In this document: piece by piece, positions 30,601-40,630 of the stretch
Layout: every line of letters starts with the position of its first letter
How positions within the stretch are numbered: the first letter of the stretch is position 1
DNA from: Bacteroidota bacterium
GTDB lineage: Bacteria > Bacteroidota > Ignavibacteria > Kapaibacteriales > NICIL-2
Direction of reading: 5' to 3'
Assembly: GCA_019695345.1 (NCBI GenBank)
Contig: JAIBAE010000005.1
Span: forward strand, 9,186 to 73,185
DNA: 64,000 bases
Notes under the pieces: model-generated
Told to the model about the DNA's origin: nothing
What the model saw: the letters and a program-made list of their open reading frames with translations, nothing else
The model's database searches: none
Made by a program: the position numbers and the translations under genes

Positions 30601-31138
30601 TATGTTAACAACATTAGATACAATTTCTTCTGAGTTGATTTTAGAAAACCCTTATTGGCAATATAAGCACGACCGTTACGTAATGCCCAATGGTAAGGAA
30701 GGTTCTTACTTCTACGTAAACACTCATGGATCTGTGTTTATTATTCCGGTTACAGATGATGGAACGTTTGTTCTTACAAAGCAGTACAGGTATCTTAACC
30801 AGAGAGTTAGCATAGAATTTCCGGGTGGAGGAATAAAGGATGGTATTACACCGGAAGAACAAGCACGATTAGAATTACAGGAAGAAACCGGATACACTTG
30901 CAGTTCATTGCGCCATATTGGGGTAATGAACCCTATGAATGGCGTTACAAATGAATTGTGTTACGTGTATATCGCAACGGGGTTAACATACGTCGGAGCC
31001 AAGCCGGAAGAATCGGAAGAGTTTTTACAGGTTGAGTATAGTAGGAAGGAAATCACTTCTGCAATACAATCAAATGAAATTTGGGATGGTATGACGTTAG
31101 CTGCCTGGGCTATGGCTTTACATCACCTTGAGAAGTAG
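30601..31138 (+). CDS. NUDIX hydrolase (ADP-ribose pyrophosphatase-like).
   Basis: Nudix box GGGIKDGITPEEQARLELQEETGY. Confidence 0.8.
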
Positions 31139-31141
31139 TAT

Positions 31142-31224
31142 AGTTGCTTGCAGAGGTTTATTCCGGCAAGCAAACTGCTAATAATTGTTAAATGTGTTCC
31201 GGTGCCGTCGCGCGATAGCAACGA
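31142..31224. repeat. Family A element, right half.
   Basis: Hairpin TTGCTTGC...GCAAGCAA containing TTCCGGCAAG (reverse complement of the internal CTTGCCGGAG motif), then terminal GGTGCCGTCGCGCGATAGCAAC (31201-31222). Confidence 0.45.
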
Positions 31225-31254
31225 CACTGAAACAAGCTAATGAAGTTCTGATTA

Positions 31255-32304
31255 TTGTTAGATAAACAAATGTTTAGTGGAGTAATGATGATTAAAATTG
31301 TACTATTGAGTTTCTGTATTATACTGCTTGGGTTATTTGCTGTGAATATTACAGCACAAGAGCAAACAAAGCAACCCGAAAAAAAGAATAAGGTAGAACA
31401 GAATGAGAAAGGTGAGAAGATATCTCCTCCTGTTTTAAACTCGGTAAAACTAATTTACCAACCAGGACACGTGTACCACTATACGTATGTTGATTCTACT
31501 AAAGTACTCCGAACGTACAGCGATAGCTCTAGATTAGAATACACACGGTATATTAAATATTATTTAAAACAGCGTGCATATAAGGAAGCTAAAAGCGGAG
31601 ACCTTGAAGTTGAAACTAATATTGATTCTACCGATTATAAGTTTACTTCGGGCGAGTACACATTAGAGTATAACTCTAAGAATAGAAAAATGCAGTTACA
31701 ATTTCCTGATTTACTTGCATCTATTCACCCGGAAAACAGAACATTTGTAACACGATATTCCTCTAATTGGGAGGTGTCGGATATATTCAGCCCAGACTTA
31801 GAGTATTGGCGTGATTATGTTGTTAAATATGGCGAAGGACAGGATACTATGGTGAAGTTTATTTTCTTAAACGCACTATCACTTACAAATTTAGCTCAGA
31901 TTGCAGATTTTCAGAAAGGTGCTTTGCCAAATGGTCGTGTTGCTAAAGATTCAGTATGGATTAAACCATATACTATGAAAATTGATGGAATAGATTGTAA
32001 AGATAATGAGGCAAAATCGCACATAGTTTCGGTTGACAGCAAAGAAACGGTTGTTGAAACAACCCTTTCAACCATCTCGGCTACACCACAAACTATGAGA
32101 CTTTATAACATTAATCTGTTTGCAAATATTTTAGGTGCTATGGGTTCTGGAAAACAGACCTTACATATTACCAGAAGAGGGGTTTGCACAGAATCTAAAT
32201 CTACTTTTGATGTAGTACTAAAGGCTCAGGTTAATAAAGAAGTTTTCACTGAAAAAGTTAAGTCTGGCTATACATGGACATTTATTTCCGAATACGAATA
32301 CTAA
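31255..32304 (+). CDS. Hypothetical secreted protein (349 aa), AT-rich.
   Basis: Signal peptide MMIKIVLLSFCIILLGLFAVNITAQE. No recognised domain. Possibly distantly paralogous to the next gene (shared F.PG..Y start of the mature region). Confidence 0.5.
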   Translation: MLDKQMFSGVMMIKIVLLSFCIILLGLFAVNITAQEQTKQPEKKNKVEQNEKGEKISPPVLNSVKLIYQPGHVYHYTYVDSTKVLRTYSDSSRLEYTRYIKYYLKQRAYKEAKSGDLEVETNIDSTDYKFTSGEYTLEYNSKNRKMQLQFPDLLASIHPENRTFVTRYSSNWEVSDIFSPDLEYWRDYVVKYGEGQDTMVKFIFLNALSLTNLAQIADFQKGALPNGRVAKDSVWIKPYTMKIDGIDCKDNEAKSHIVSVDSKETVVETTLSTISATPQTMRLYNINLFANILGAMGSGKQTLHITRRGVCTESKSTFDVVLKAQVNKEVFTEKVKSGYTWTFISEYEY

Positions 32305-32326
32305 ACCATATCACACGTTTTATTTC

Positions 32327-32365
32327 AAAGGGACAGGTGCCGAAGCACTTGTCCTTTGTATTTTT
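32327..32365 (+). terminator. Intrinsic terminator whose loop carries GCCGAAGC, the reverse complement of the family B GCTTCGGC motif.
   Basis: AAAGGGACA-ggtgccgaagcact-TGTCCTTT then GTATTTTT. Confidence 0.5.
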
Positions 32366-32392
32366 GCCCATTATCAATCAATTTTAAATACA

Positions 32393-33430
32393 ATGTTATT
32401 ACGATTAACTTCTGTAGCTTTTGCTACAGTATTCATATTTACAGCCTGTAACACTAATAAGAACACCCCGGAATCGGGCAAGAACGCTGAACAAGGATTA
32501 GCCATAGATACTAACGCTAAAGTTGCAGTATCACCACAGGAGCAACGGATTCAAAAATTAGAATTTAATTTTACACCGGGTGAAACAATTCGATACAAGA
32601 TGGAACAAAAAGATGAGATTGTTCAGGATGATTCTATAAGAGTTGTGAACAATACTACCCTTTTTTATACAAAACATATTGTTTCGAATAAAGATGGCGT
32701 AGTAAACTTCACCATAACCTACGATTCAATAAAGGTCCATCAAAAAGCACCTTCAATGGGTACCATGCCCGCTAACGAAATCAAATTCAATTCTACCGAT
32801 AGTTCTTCAAAAGGAAACAAAGATTATGCAGTGTTTAACTCTATAATTGGCAATCCAGTTACAATCACCATGAATTCAAAAGGCAGGATAGAAGAAATCT
32901 CGGGCATGACTCCAATTATAAATGCTATGTTAAAGTATAGTCCTACACCAAATAATGTGTCCGAACAACAACGTACCCAAATTGCAGAACAAATAAAAGT
33001 AGGAATGTACGCCCAAATTATTCAACAAGAACAAATAACATTACCGGATAGTACACTCGATTCAACAATGTCATGGTCCCGTACTTCGCCCCAAGAGATA
33101 CCTCCGTTCTTTATATCAAACAGTACTATACGCTACAACATTGGCAATGTGTCTAAAATTGAAAACCACAAAGTTGCCGATGTAACAGCAACGCTTAGTG
33201 GTAATATCGAATTAGTAAAAACAAAACAGCCAATACCAGTTACATTAAAAAGTAGTTCAATGAGCGGTTCAGGTAAAACCTTTATTGATGTCGACAGAGG
33301 ATACACACTACTAAAGGATACTAAGATTATGTTATCAATTGTTGCCGAGAGTGTAAATCCTAAAACAAAGAAAACAGAGCAAATGAAACAAACAAAGACA
33401 ACTATAATGCATGTAGAAAAACTCAAATAA
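32393..33430 (+). CDS. Hypothetical lipoprotein (345 aa).
   Basis: Lipobox ...FIFTACNTN. No recognised domain. Confidence 0.5.
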   Translation: MLLRLTSVAFATVFIFTACNTNKNTPESGKNAEQGLAIDTNAKVAVSPQEQRIQKLEFNFTPGETIRYKMEQKDEIVQDDSIRVVNNTTLFYTKHIVSNKDGVVNFTITYDSIKVHQKAPSMGTMPANEIKFNSTDSSSKGNKDYAVFNSIIGNPVTITMNSKGRIEEISGMTPIINAMLKYSPTPNNVSEQQRTQIAEQIKVGMYAQIIQQEQITLPDSTLDSTMSWSRTSPQEIPPFFISNSTIRYNIGNVSKIENHKVADVTATLSGNIELVKTKQPIPVTLKSSSMSGSGKTFIDVDRGYTLLKDTKIMLSIVAESVNPKTKKTEQMKQTKTTIMHVEKLK

Positions 33431-33445
33431 CGTATAAGGTGACAT

Positions 33446-34894
33446 ATGATAAGGATATCAATCTTTTTCCTTTTGCTTTTATTCTTATTAAATTTTAATA
33501 ACTCTATTTCTCAAGAAAATACAGTATTACGATTTGCGATTCTTGGCGAAAAACTCTTTACATTAACTGATTCAAATTCTATCAAATTCGCATCTTCCGA
33601 TAGAATTCGAATAACAAACCTTGGAAGCAATATTAACTCAGGAAATATTGATTATGCACCAAGTATCACAAGAGATGGGAAAATACTATACTTTGTAAGT
33701 AATAGAAAAGGAAGTACACTTACAAATAAAGATGAAAAATCAAGTCATGACATTTGGGCTGTAAGTATCAACCCTTTCCAGCCGCTAAACAAATGTAAAC
33801 CTTTTAAGTTAGAAACTAATAGTAATGTTGCACCTATCACTCGGTTAAATACACCATTAAACGAGGGTGTGGTATGTGTTAGTTCCGATAATAAGAATTT
33901 GTTTTTTACAGGTTGTGGACGAGAAACTTGTTTTGGCGACTGTGATATCTTTGTATCAACCTTACAACCTGATAACACATGGGGAAATGTTCTCAATTTA
34001 GGCCCAGTTGTCAATACAGAATTTTGGGAAAGCCAACCATGTATCACACCTGATGGTAAGCGACTCTATTTTGTAACTAATAGACCTGAAGATGGAAAAA
34101 GTAGAAGATCAAATACAATAGACGATATAAGTCACTATGGGTGGAATAAGTACAGTCCTACAAGCCAAGCGTTCGAAAATACAGCTGTGCATTATTCACG
34201 AGAAGACTTTAATATCGACATTTGGTTTTCCGATTTCAATTTTACTACAAACACTTGGTCTGCTCCTAAAAAGTTATCATCTCTCAATACCACCGACCGC
34301 GAATTTTCTCCTTTTATCACTCACGATGCCAAGGTAATTTTTTATGCATCCGATAGACAGAAAGACTCTTATGGTGGATTTGATTTTTATGCCTCAAGGA
34401 TTATAAACGATAGTACCTTCTCAACACCTGTCAGTGTTGGCCAACCTATCAACACCCAGGGAAATGATATTTTTTTGAGCATCCCAAAAAGCAATAATGT
34501 ATTATACTTCTCATCAAGAAGAACCGACGTCCCAGGTGCACAAGGTGACTTCGATTTATTTGCCGCTTATGCTGCTAAAAGTATTATTTCCAATAGTAAT
34601 CTAACAGAAAAAGCCATTGGAGTACGAGACCGCACGGGAAAAGAAATAGTAAGCTATATGTTTAAGGATAAGAAAAAGATTGAACTGAAACTTGTACTCG
34701 AAAATCCATCAGTAGTAACAATTAACGTCCAGGATATTAATGGCAACGAGTTAAAATCTATTGCATCACAAAAGGAAATGCCTGCTGGTGAATCTTTATT
34801 TACAATCGACTGTAATTTTACTATTAATGTTGGCTTTATTTCATTTACAATCGATAACGATTCATTCTATCAGATTGTATCTTTAACAAACTAG
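33446..34894 (+). CDS. Secreted protein with TolB-type WD40-like (PD40) beta-propeller repeats.
   Basis: Repeated ...DGK.LYFVSNR / ITPDGKRLYFVTNR / ITHDAKVIFYASDR / NNVLYFSSRR motifs typical of PD40 repeats. Signal peptide. Confidence 0.6.
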   Translation: MIRISIFFLLLLFLLNFNNSISQENTVLRFAILGEKLFTLTDSNSIKFASSDRIRITNLGSNINSGNIDYAPSITRDGKILYFVSNRKGSTLTNKDEKSSHDIWAVSINPFQPLNKCKPFKLETNSNVAPITRLNTPLNEGVVCVSSDNKNLFFTGCGRETCFGDCDIFVSTLQPDNTWGNVLNLGPVVNTEFWESQPCITPDGKRLYFVTNRPEDGKSRRSNTIDDISHYGWNKYSPTSQAFENTAVHYSREDFNIDIWFSDFNFTTNTWSAPKKLSSLNTTDREFSPFITHDAKVIFYASDRQKDSYGGFDFYASRIINDSTFSTPVSVGQPINTQGNDIFLSIPKSNNVLYFSSRRTDVPGAQGDFDLFAAYAAKSIISNSNLTEKAIGVRDRTGKEIVSYMFKDKKKIELKLVLENPSVVTINVQDINGNELKSIASQKEMPAGESLFTIDCNFTINVGFISFTIDNDSFYQIVSLTN

Positions 34895-34899
34895 TTTTT

Positions 34900-34972
34900 C
34901 TGGGCTGCCGCCCATTACCGCACCAAACATTATAATTACAAAGTTTCGTCTGCTTGCGGGAGAGAACAGCAC
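34900..34972. repeat. Family A element, degenerate left half.
   Basis: CTGCCGCCCATTACCGCACC (terminal-motif-like) ... CTGCTTGCGGGAGAGAACAGC (internal motif). Confidence 0.4.
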
Positions 34973-34974
34973 TC

Positions 34975-35018
34975 AACAAAAAAACCTCTACGGAAATAAT
35001 CCATAGAGGTTTTTTATT
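34975..35018. terminator. Bidirectional intrinsic terminator between convergent genes.
   Basis: AAAAAAA AACCTCTA-cggaaataatcca-TAGAGGTT TTTTATT. Confidence 0.65.
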
Positions 35019-35046
35019 AACAATTCTGTACGATGTAAATCTGCAT

Positions 35047-35952
35047 TTATTTGGTAGTAAGTACTTCGCCAGCCCCATTACTTAACTGAGCAACATCGGA
35101 TTTAGTTAATCTGCGTGCGCCAATTAAACGTGCATTATAGTATGAACTTTCTAGCGATGAAATTGTTACACCATAACGTGAACTTGAATGAGCAAACAAA
35201 TTATTACCCAAATAAATACCTACGTGAGAAACATACGCATGACTCATAGTATGAAAGAAAATCAAATCACCAAACTGTAAATCTGAAACTCTTTCCACTG
35301 GCATTCCAACTTGAATTTGCGATTGTGCTGTTCTTGGAAGAACAACATTACCACTTTGTGCAAATACTGCTCTTGTAAAAGCGGAACAATCAATACCACT
35401 ACGGCTTGTGCCGCCAAAGTGATAACGTGTACCAACCCAATCCATTACAGCATTCATCATTTGTTGCTTAGAAATACCACTCAATAAACTACCCGGTTCC
35501 GATTTACCATCTCCCTTATTAGGTGTAGCATCGTTCTCAGGGTCTAAATACGAAAGCCACAACATTTTGAAGCTTTCAATATCAACCTGAACATCATCCT
35601 CTTTTTCAAGCTCCGAGAGATTCTCACCCTCTTGCTGAAGTTGTTTTTGGATAATATCCGGTGCAGACTCGATATTTATATTGTCACCATTACCAATTCC
35701 TAATCCGGCAAGTTGTTGCAGTTCATTCGTTCCGTCGGTTCTAAGCATTTCTAATGCTTGAACTTTCCCTAACGTTGGCTGACACGCAACATGCGAACGG
35801 AAGCGCTTACTTTTCTTTTTACCTCTGATTTTTTTAGAATAAGACGATTTCTTCTTAGCGGCAATCCCCTCTGCCGAAGGCAGAATTACTAAACTTGCCA
35901 GAAGAACCAAAAACATTCCGAAAAAGGAAATGTTGTAGATTCTTGATAGCAT
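35047..35952 (-). CDS. NlpC/P60 (C40) family peptidoglycan endopeptidase.
   Basis: C-terminal ...GIDCSAFTRAVF...SHVGIYLGNNLFAHSSS... with the Cys-His catalytic pair. N-terminal signal/TM. Confidence 0.85.
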   Translation of the reverse strand: MLSRIYNISFFGMFLVLLASLVILPSAEGIAAKKKSSYSKKIRGKKKSKRFRSHVACQPTLGKVQALEMLRTDGTNELQQLAGLGIGNGDNINIESAPDIIQKQLQQEGENLSELEKEDDVQVDIESFKMLWLSYLDPENDATPNKGDGKSEPGSLLSGISKQQMMNAVMDWVGTRYHFGGTSRSGIDCSAFTRAVFAQSGNVVLPRTAQSQIQVGMPVERVSDLQFGDLIFFHTMSHAYVSHVGIYLGNNLFAHSSSRYGVTISSLESSYYNARLIGARRLTKSDVAQLSNGAGEVLTTK

Positions 35953-36185
35953 TACCTATCCTCCTGATTGTAATAATTAAATGCCCTGTTCTTAGTCGCG
36001 ATGATCTGTATTATAAACCTTGGGTGCAGAAAAGAACTGCAATACATGAATTAACACAGTACATCACGTGTTACCGATATATCACGCCATTGTTCTCCCC
36101 CCGGATAAGCAACGCTATGAATACCATAACAACAAGGTGGTTAGTTATGCTAAAATTGGGCAACGGAGTATAATATTGCCCGCAT

Positions 36186-37946
36186 TCAACGGTAGTGCTT
36201 GCGAACCCTTTCTAATACTAACCTGTCCGTACCATCGGCATATAAGCCCTCGATAGTGGGTTGTGCAAGACGTTGTATAATATTATAGTAAAGAAAAATC
36301 CATGGAGATTCTTCTACTATAATCTGCTCCATATTCCGGTACATTGTGTACCTCTGCGTTGAAGTAAGGAGTGGCGAAAGCGCTGATTCATATAAAGAGT
36401 CAAGTTCTTTGCGCGCAATGTGTGTTGTATTTGGACCGTTCGGAGAACGATTTGCGGAAGTGAACAATGCGAGGAAGTTTTCCGGGTCGGGATAATCCCC
36501 TACCCAGGAAGTTCGCCACAAATGAAGTTTACCGGAACGTACCATGTCAAGATGCTGAGGAAATTCCACCTGTTTTAATTTCACATGGATTCCTATCTCT
36601 TTCCACATTTGCTGAACTGCTTCGCCAACAGATGCGGTGCGCTGGTTATTCCCCATTTGTAACAATAGGATTGGTATATTTTCTCCGTTTGTATATCCTG
36701 CCTCGGCAAGAAGCCGACGCGCTTTATCAGGATTGTATGTATATCCCTCTATATCGTTCGAGAAGCCGGGCATACTTGGGGGCAGAACCCCATAATACGC
36801 CGGAATCCCCTTTCCGTTTAACACATAACGGATAATTCTCTCACGATCAATCGCGTAATTAAGTGCTTTCCGCAAAGCACGCGATGTTGCCAATGGCGTT
36901 GCCCGAGCAGCATCCAGTGTTGTGTCTAACAAGATGCCGTAGTATTCAATAGCATGAGCAGCAGTTTGGTAAAGCCTATACTGCTTAAACTCATCTTTTA
37001 ATATACCATCGGGCGTTATTACCGCTGACGAAAATGAAGGATCAATCTGACTGACAAAGTCCAAGTTCCCTCGCCGGAACTCAAGGAATTCAATCTTTGT
37101 ATCTTTTATAAACGTAACAGAAACATTCTCCAAATAAGGCAAGCGTTTTCCTTGCTCATCGAACTTAAAGTATAACGGATTTTTCCGTAATACTAAACTG
37201 ATATCAGGTTGCCATTCCGAAAATTGAAATGGGCCTGTACCAACGGGATGAAACCCGAAGTTCTCTCCATAAAACCGAACAGCTTCTTTGGGTACTATCC
37301 AGCAATATGGCATAGTGAGTAGTGATAAAAATGGTGCAAAAGGTTTCTTTAATGTAAAGATGATTGTTGAATCGTCTCGTACAGAAATTCCTTTGCAACC
37401 GATAGACAAGACATGGTTACGAGTGCTGTCGTTTTTTGTCTGTTGATAAAATTCTTCAGCTCCTATTAACCGTTTTCGTAACACCCACAAGCCGGTTGAT
37501 TTCGTTTTTGCATCTAAGATGCGTTCAAACGAATATCGTACGTCGTGCGCTGTTACGTGGCGTGTTTTCATGGCTCCAAAGCAACTGTCTGTGTGAAAGA
37601 ACACTGATGCCCGGATATGAAAAGTCCATACTGTACCTGATGTATCTACCGACCACGATGTTGCAAGCGATGGCTGTATGGTTAGGGTACTGTCGTACTC
37701 TACAAGTGAATTGTAGATTTGAGTACCTGCCCACGAGGCCGATTGATAACTTGCTATTGCGGGGTCGAGAGACTGGAGTCCGTTTGGTTCGTTATAAAAG
37801 AACGTTACATTCGGATTAAATACCGGCTCATGTGTACATGAACCGAAAAAGAAAAGTACTGATATTACCACCGTACAGATTGTCAAAGAACGAATAACAG
37901 CTGTGGTTTTGTGTTTAGGTATGTGAGTGTAATCAAAATCTGACAC
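36186..37946 (-). CDS. ABC transporter substrate-binding protein, family 5 (peptide/nickel type).
   Basis: ...NFFYNEPNGLQSLDPAIASYQSASWAGTQIYNSLVEYD...; SBP_bac_5-like; N-terminal signal/lipobox. Confidence 0.8.
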   Translation of the reverse strand: MSDFDYTHIPKHKTTAVIRSLTICTVVISVLFFFGSCTHEPVFNPNVTFFYNEPNGLQSLDPAIASYQSASWAGTQIYNSLVEYDSTLTIQPSLATSWSVDTSGTVWTFHIRASVFFHTDSCFGAMKTRHVTAHDVRYSFERILDAKTKSTGLWVLRKRLIGAEEFYQQTKNDSTRNHVLSIGCKGISVRDDSTIIFTLKKPFAPFLSLLTMPYCWIVPKEAVRFYGENFGFHPVGTGPFQFSEWQPDISLVLRKNPLYFKFDEQGKRLPYLENVSVTFIKDTKIEFLEFRRGNLDFVSQIDPSFSSAVITPDGILKDEFKQYRLYQTAAHAIEYYGILLDTTLDAARATPLATSRALRKALNYAIDRERIIRYVLNGKGIPAYYGVLPPSMPGFSNDIEGYTYNPDKARRLLAEAGYTNGENIPILLLQMGNNQRTASVGEAVQQMWKEIGIHVKLKQVEFPQHLDMVRSGKLHLWRTSWVGDYPDPENFLALFTSANRSPNGPNTTHIARKELDSLYESALSPLLTSTQRYTMYRNMEQIIVEESPWIFLYYNIIQRLAQPTIEGLYADGTDRLVLERVRKHYR

Positions 37947-38059
37947 AAATCCCCTCCGTTAAGAGTGCAAAAATGCCAAATTTTTACCGCGTAGCCAAGC
38001 ACTTTTTGATGTTTAAATGTTCATTTAGTAATAACTTACACAACTTAAACGGTTAAGGA

Positions 38060-38140
38060 TATTTTGCGTAAGTGGTTCTTTCCCGCAATGTTAGGGTGTT
38101 ATATAGTATGAGGAAGGGTGCGGTTTGGGCGGAAGCCCGG
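38060..38140. repeat. Family A element, degenerate right half abutting the stop codon of the lipoprotein gene.
   Basis: TTCTTTCCCGCAATG (internal motif) ... GGGTGCGGTTTGGGCGGAAGCCC (terminal-motif-like). Confidence 0.35.
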
Positions 38141-38141
38141 A

Positions 38142-38906
38142 TTACCTTGTTACCGGAACATTACAGTGAATATCTGCTCCGTTTGTTGTTTTAAGCACTA
38201 CAGGTAGGGAATCGGGTACGCCGGGAATATAGCGGTGTAACACTTTGATGGTATCAACGGCAATGGAATCACTTTCTAACTCGTGTTTGGTAAAAACTAC
38301 GGTATAACCATTAAATCCGGGTGGAATTACCAGGGTTGGCTTGGTTACTTCGCGGAGTTTATCTGTTACTTTACTATTTTCTTTGGCGTTGGTAGACTCC
38401 ATTCCAATTCCAATTATTAACCCCAAAGCTCCGGTTATCAGAAATGTTTCCGGCTTGATTGGTAAAATTGGTTCGGATGTAGTATTACCGGCGTCGTCTG
38501 TTTTTTCGGTAGTTAACACAAATGGTAATGTTAACCCACCTAAAAAGCCGGCAGCTATTGCACTCCCCGATTGATTTGGAACCTTATACTTTGTTTGTTC
38601 TATGGGAATATAACGAGGAATACTATCGGAGTAAAAACAAACAGGAAACGTTGACGTATTTGTAAAACTGAACAGATAGGGGTACATATTCTGCATACAA
38701 AACTCTGAGCCAAATACAGCTCTGGTTTCGGAATCCGGTAAATACCAACAGGCAATGTAAATACTATCCTGAAGAATCGACACTTCCGATTTATCCGCTT
38801 CTTCTACATTTAGTGTAGATAATGAGAATGAATTTGTTTGTGGTGCAATACAACCGGAACACATGCTAATAACGCAAATAGCAAGGATGTGTAAATGATG
38901 TTTCAT
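38142..38906 (-). CDS. Hypothetical lipoprotein.
   Basis: MKHHLHILAICVISMCSGC lipobox; no recognised domain. Confidence 0.45.
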   Translation of the reverse strand: MKHHLHILAICVISMCSGCIAPQTNSFSLSTLNVEEADKSEVSILQDSIYIACWYLPDSETRAVFGSEFCMQNMYPYLFSFTNTSTFPVCFYSDSIPRYIPIEQTKYKVPNQSGSAIAAGFLGGLTLPFVLTTEKTDDAGNTTSEPILPIKPETFLITGALGLIIGIGMESTNAKENSKVTDKLREVTKPTLVIPPGFNGYTVVFTKHELESDSIAVDTIKVLHRYIPGVPDSLPVVLKTTNGADIHCNVPVTR

Positions 38907-38964
38907 AACAACTATAGTACTGTGGCAAGTTTAACTATAGTGACAATGGTAAAGAAGTATTGTT

Positions 38965-39606
38965 TCAGGGTAATGCACTTATAGGCAACAAGCCATTTTT
39001 AATAACGTACGATGTAATAGCAGCGTTATCTTCAAAACCCGTTTTTTCTAAAATACGTGTTCGGTAGGTGCTAACAGTTTTAATGCTGAGCTTCAACTCT
39101 TCACCAATCTGCGTTAAAGTTTTACCGGTTGCAATCATACGCATTACTTCAAACTCTCTATCGGATAGTGAGTGATGTACCTGCTGTGTACCTGTTGAAA
39201 CAGCATCCACCAGTTTATCGGCAACCGACGGACTTAAGTATTTACCGCCCTCAAGAATCTTTTGCACGGCATCTACTAATTCATCGGTGGCAGAGGTTTT
39301 CATAAGGTACCCATTTGCACCGGCTTTCAACACACGCATTGCATACTGGTCTTCGGAATACGCACTTAACATTAACACAGGCAAGTCGGGTTTAATATCA
39401 CGAACCTCTTTTAATGTATCAAGTCCATCTAACCCGGGCATAGATATATCCAGAATAAGAATATCTATCTCGTTATTCTTAACATAGTCAATGGCCTGAA
39501 AACCATCTTCAACTTCGTCCACATGAATATCAAGATTACACACCAGAAACAACTTCAGTCCCTCGCGCATAATTGGGTGGTCGTCGGCTATTAACGCTCT
39601 AATCAT
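38965..39606 (-). CDS. Two-component response regulator, NarL/LuxR family (REC plus HTH_LuxR).
   Basis: MIRALIADDHPIMREGL...DILILDISMPGLDGL...; C-terminal LSDREFEVMRMIATGKTLTQIGEELKLSIKTVSTYRTRILEKTG. Confidence 0.85.
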   Translation of the reverse strand: MIRALIADDHPIMREGLKLFLVCNLDIHVDEVEDGFQAIDYVKNNEIDILILDISMPGLDGLDTLKEVRDIKPDLPVLMLSAYSEDQYAMRVLKAGANGYLMKTSATDELVDAVQKILEGGKYLSPSVADKLVDAVSTGTQQVHHSLSDREFEVMRMIATGKTLTQIGEELKLSIKTVSTYRTRILEKTGFEDNAAITSYVIKNGLLPISALP

Positions 39607-39880
39607 ACCGGTATCCTTACCAAATAATCCTAAACTGCCATCAATCAAACAGATGGCTACTGTGCAAAACTACGGAAAATGTGCAACCAAATTGAATTCA
39701 AGTACGAGTTTGTTGGTTCCCCTCACAGTACATCACACCGAATAGCGCGCAAACCCGGTGCGAACAAACCCTCTACTTCGGAATTTATTGATACATACAA
39801 ACGTGGCATAATACTTGCCAAAATCAGGTTGTTCTTTATAATGGATGTACATCAGGATGAATTCAAACGGAAGGAACCGC

Positions 39881-40618
39881 ATGAATAAGCCGCAATTACG
39901 TAATACAGCCAAGCGTTTTTTACGCAAGGTTGGGTATGATGTAAACAAATACGTGGCAGGAGACTACTCTCAACGTCCTGCTGCAAACAAGTTTCAATTA
40001 CTAAAGTACTACAACATTGATGTAGTGTTTGATGTTGGCGCAAATACCGGACGCTACGGAACAGAACTCCGGCATGCGGGATATACAGGACGTATCATTT
40101 CATTCGAGCCCCTATCATCCTCTTACAAACAACTACGCACGGTTTCAGCAAACGATGAGTTATGGGAAACTACCCAATCGGCACTTGGTGATGTTGATGG
40201 CGCGGCGGAAATTAATATCTCGTCTAACCCACAATTCAGCTCAATACTAAAAGTAATGCCGGAAGCAAGTCAAACAGTATCACAACCAACGTATGTAGGA
40301 AAAGAGGAAGTTGTAATAAGCCGATTAGATACAATCCTTGATGCATTTATTGATGAAGAAGAAAAGTTGTTTCTCAAGATTGATGCACCCGGATTTGTAA
40401 AACAGATTTTAGATGGAGCAGTAGGTGTTATACATAAAATTGCAGGTATTCAGGTTAAAACATCGCTTGTTACTATGTATGAGGGCGAATACTTAATCAA
40501 CGATATGATTTCGTACGTAAAGGATTTAGGATTCAACCTAACATCAATCGAACCGGGTTTCAGTAACCTGGAAACAGGACAATTACTACAAGCAGACTTA
40601 CTTTTTTTCAGACAATAA
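39881..40618 (+). CDS. FkbM-family methyltransferase.
   Basis: VVFDVGANTGRYG motif (Methyltransf_21). Confidence 0.7.
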   Translation: MNKPQLRNTAKRFLRKVGYDVNKYVAGDYSQRPAANKFQLLKYYNIDVVFDVGANTGRYGTELRHAGYTGRIISFEPLSSSYKQLRTVSANDELWETTQSALGDVDGAAEINISSNPQFSSILKVMPEASQTVSQPTYVGKEEVVISRLDTILDAFIDEEEKLFLKIDAPGFVKQILDGAVGVIHKIAGIQVKTSLVTMYEGEYLINDMISYVKDLGFNLTSIEPGFSNLETGQLLQADLLFFRQ

Positions 40619-40630
40619 CGTTGCTTTACT

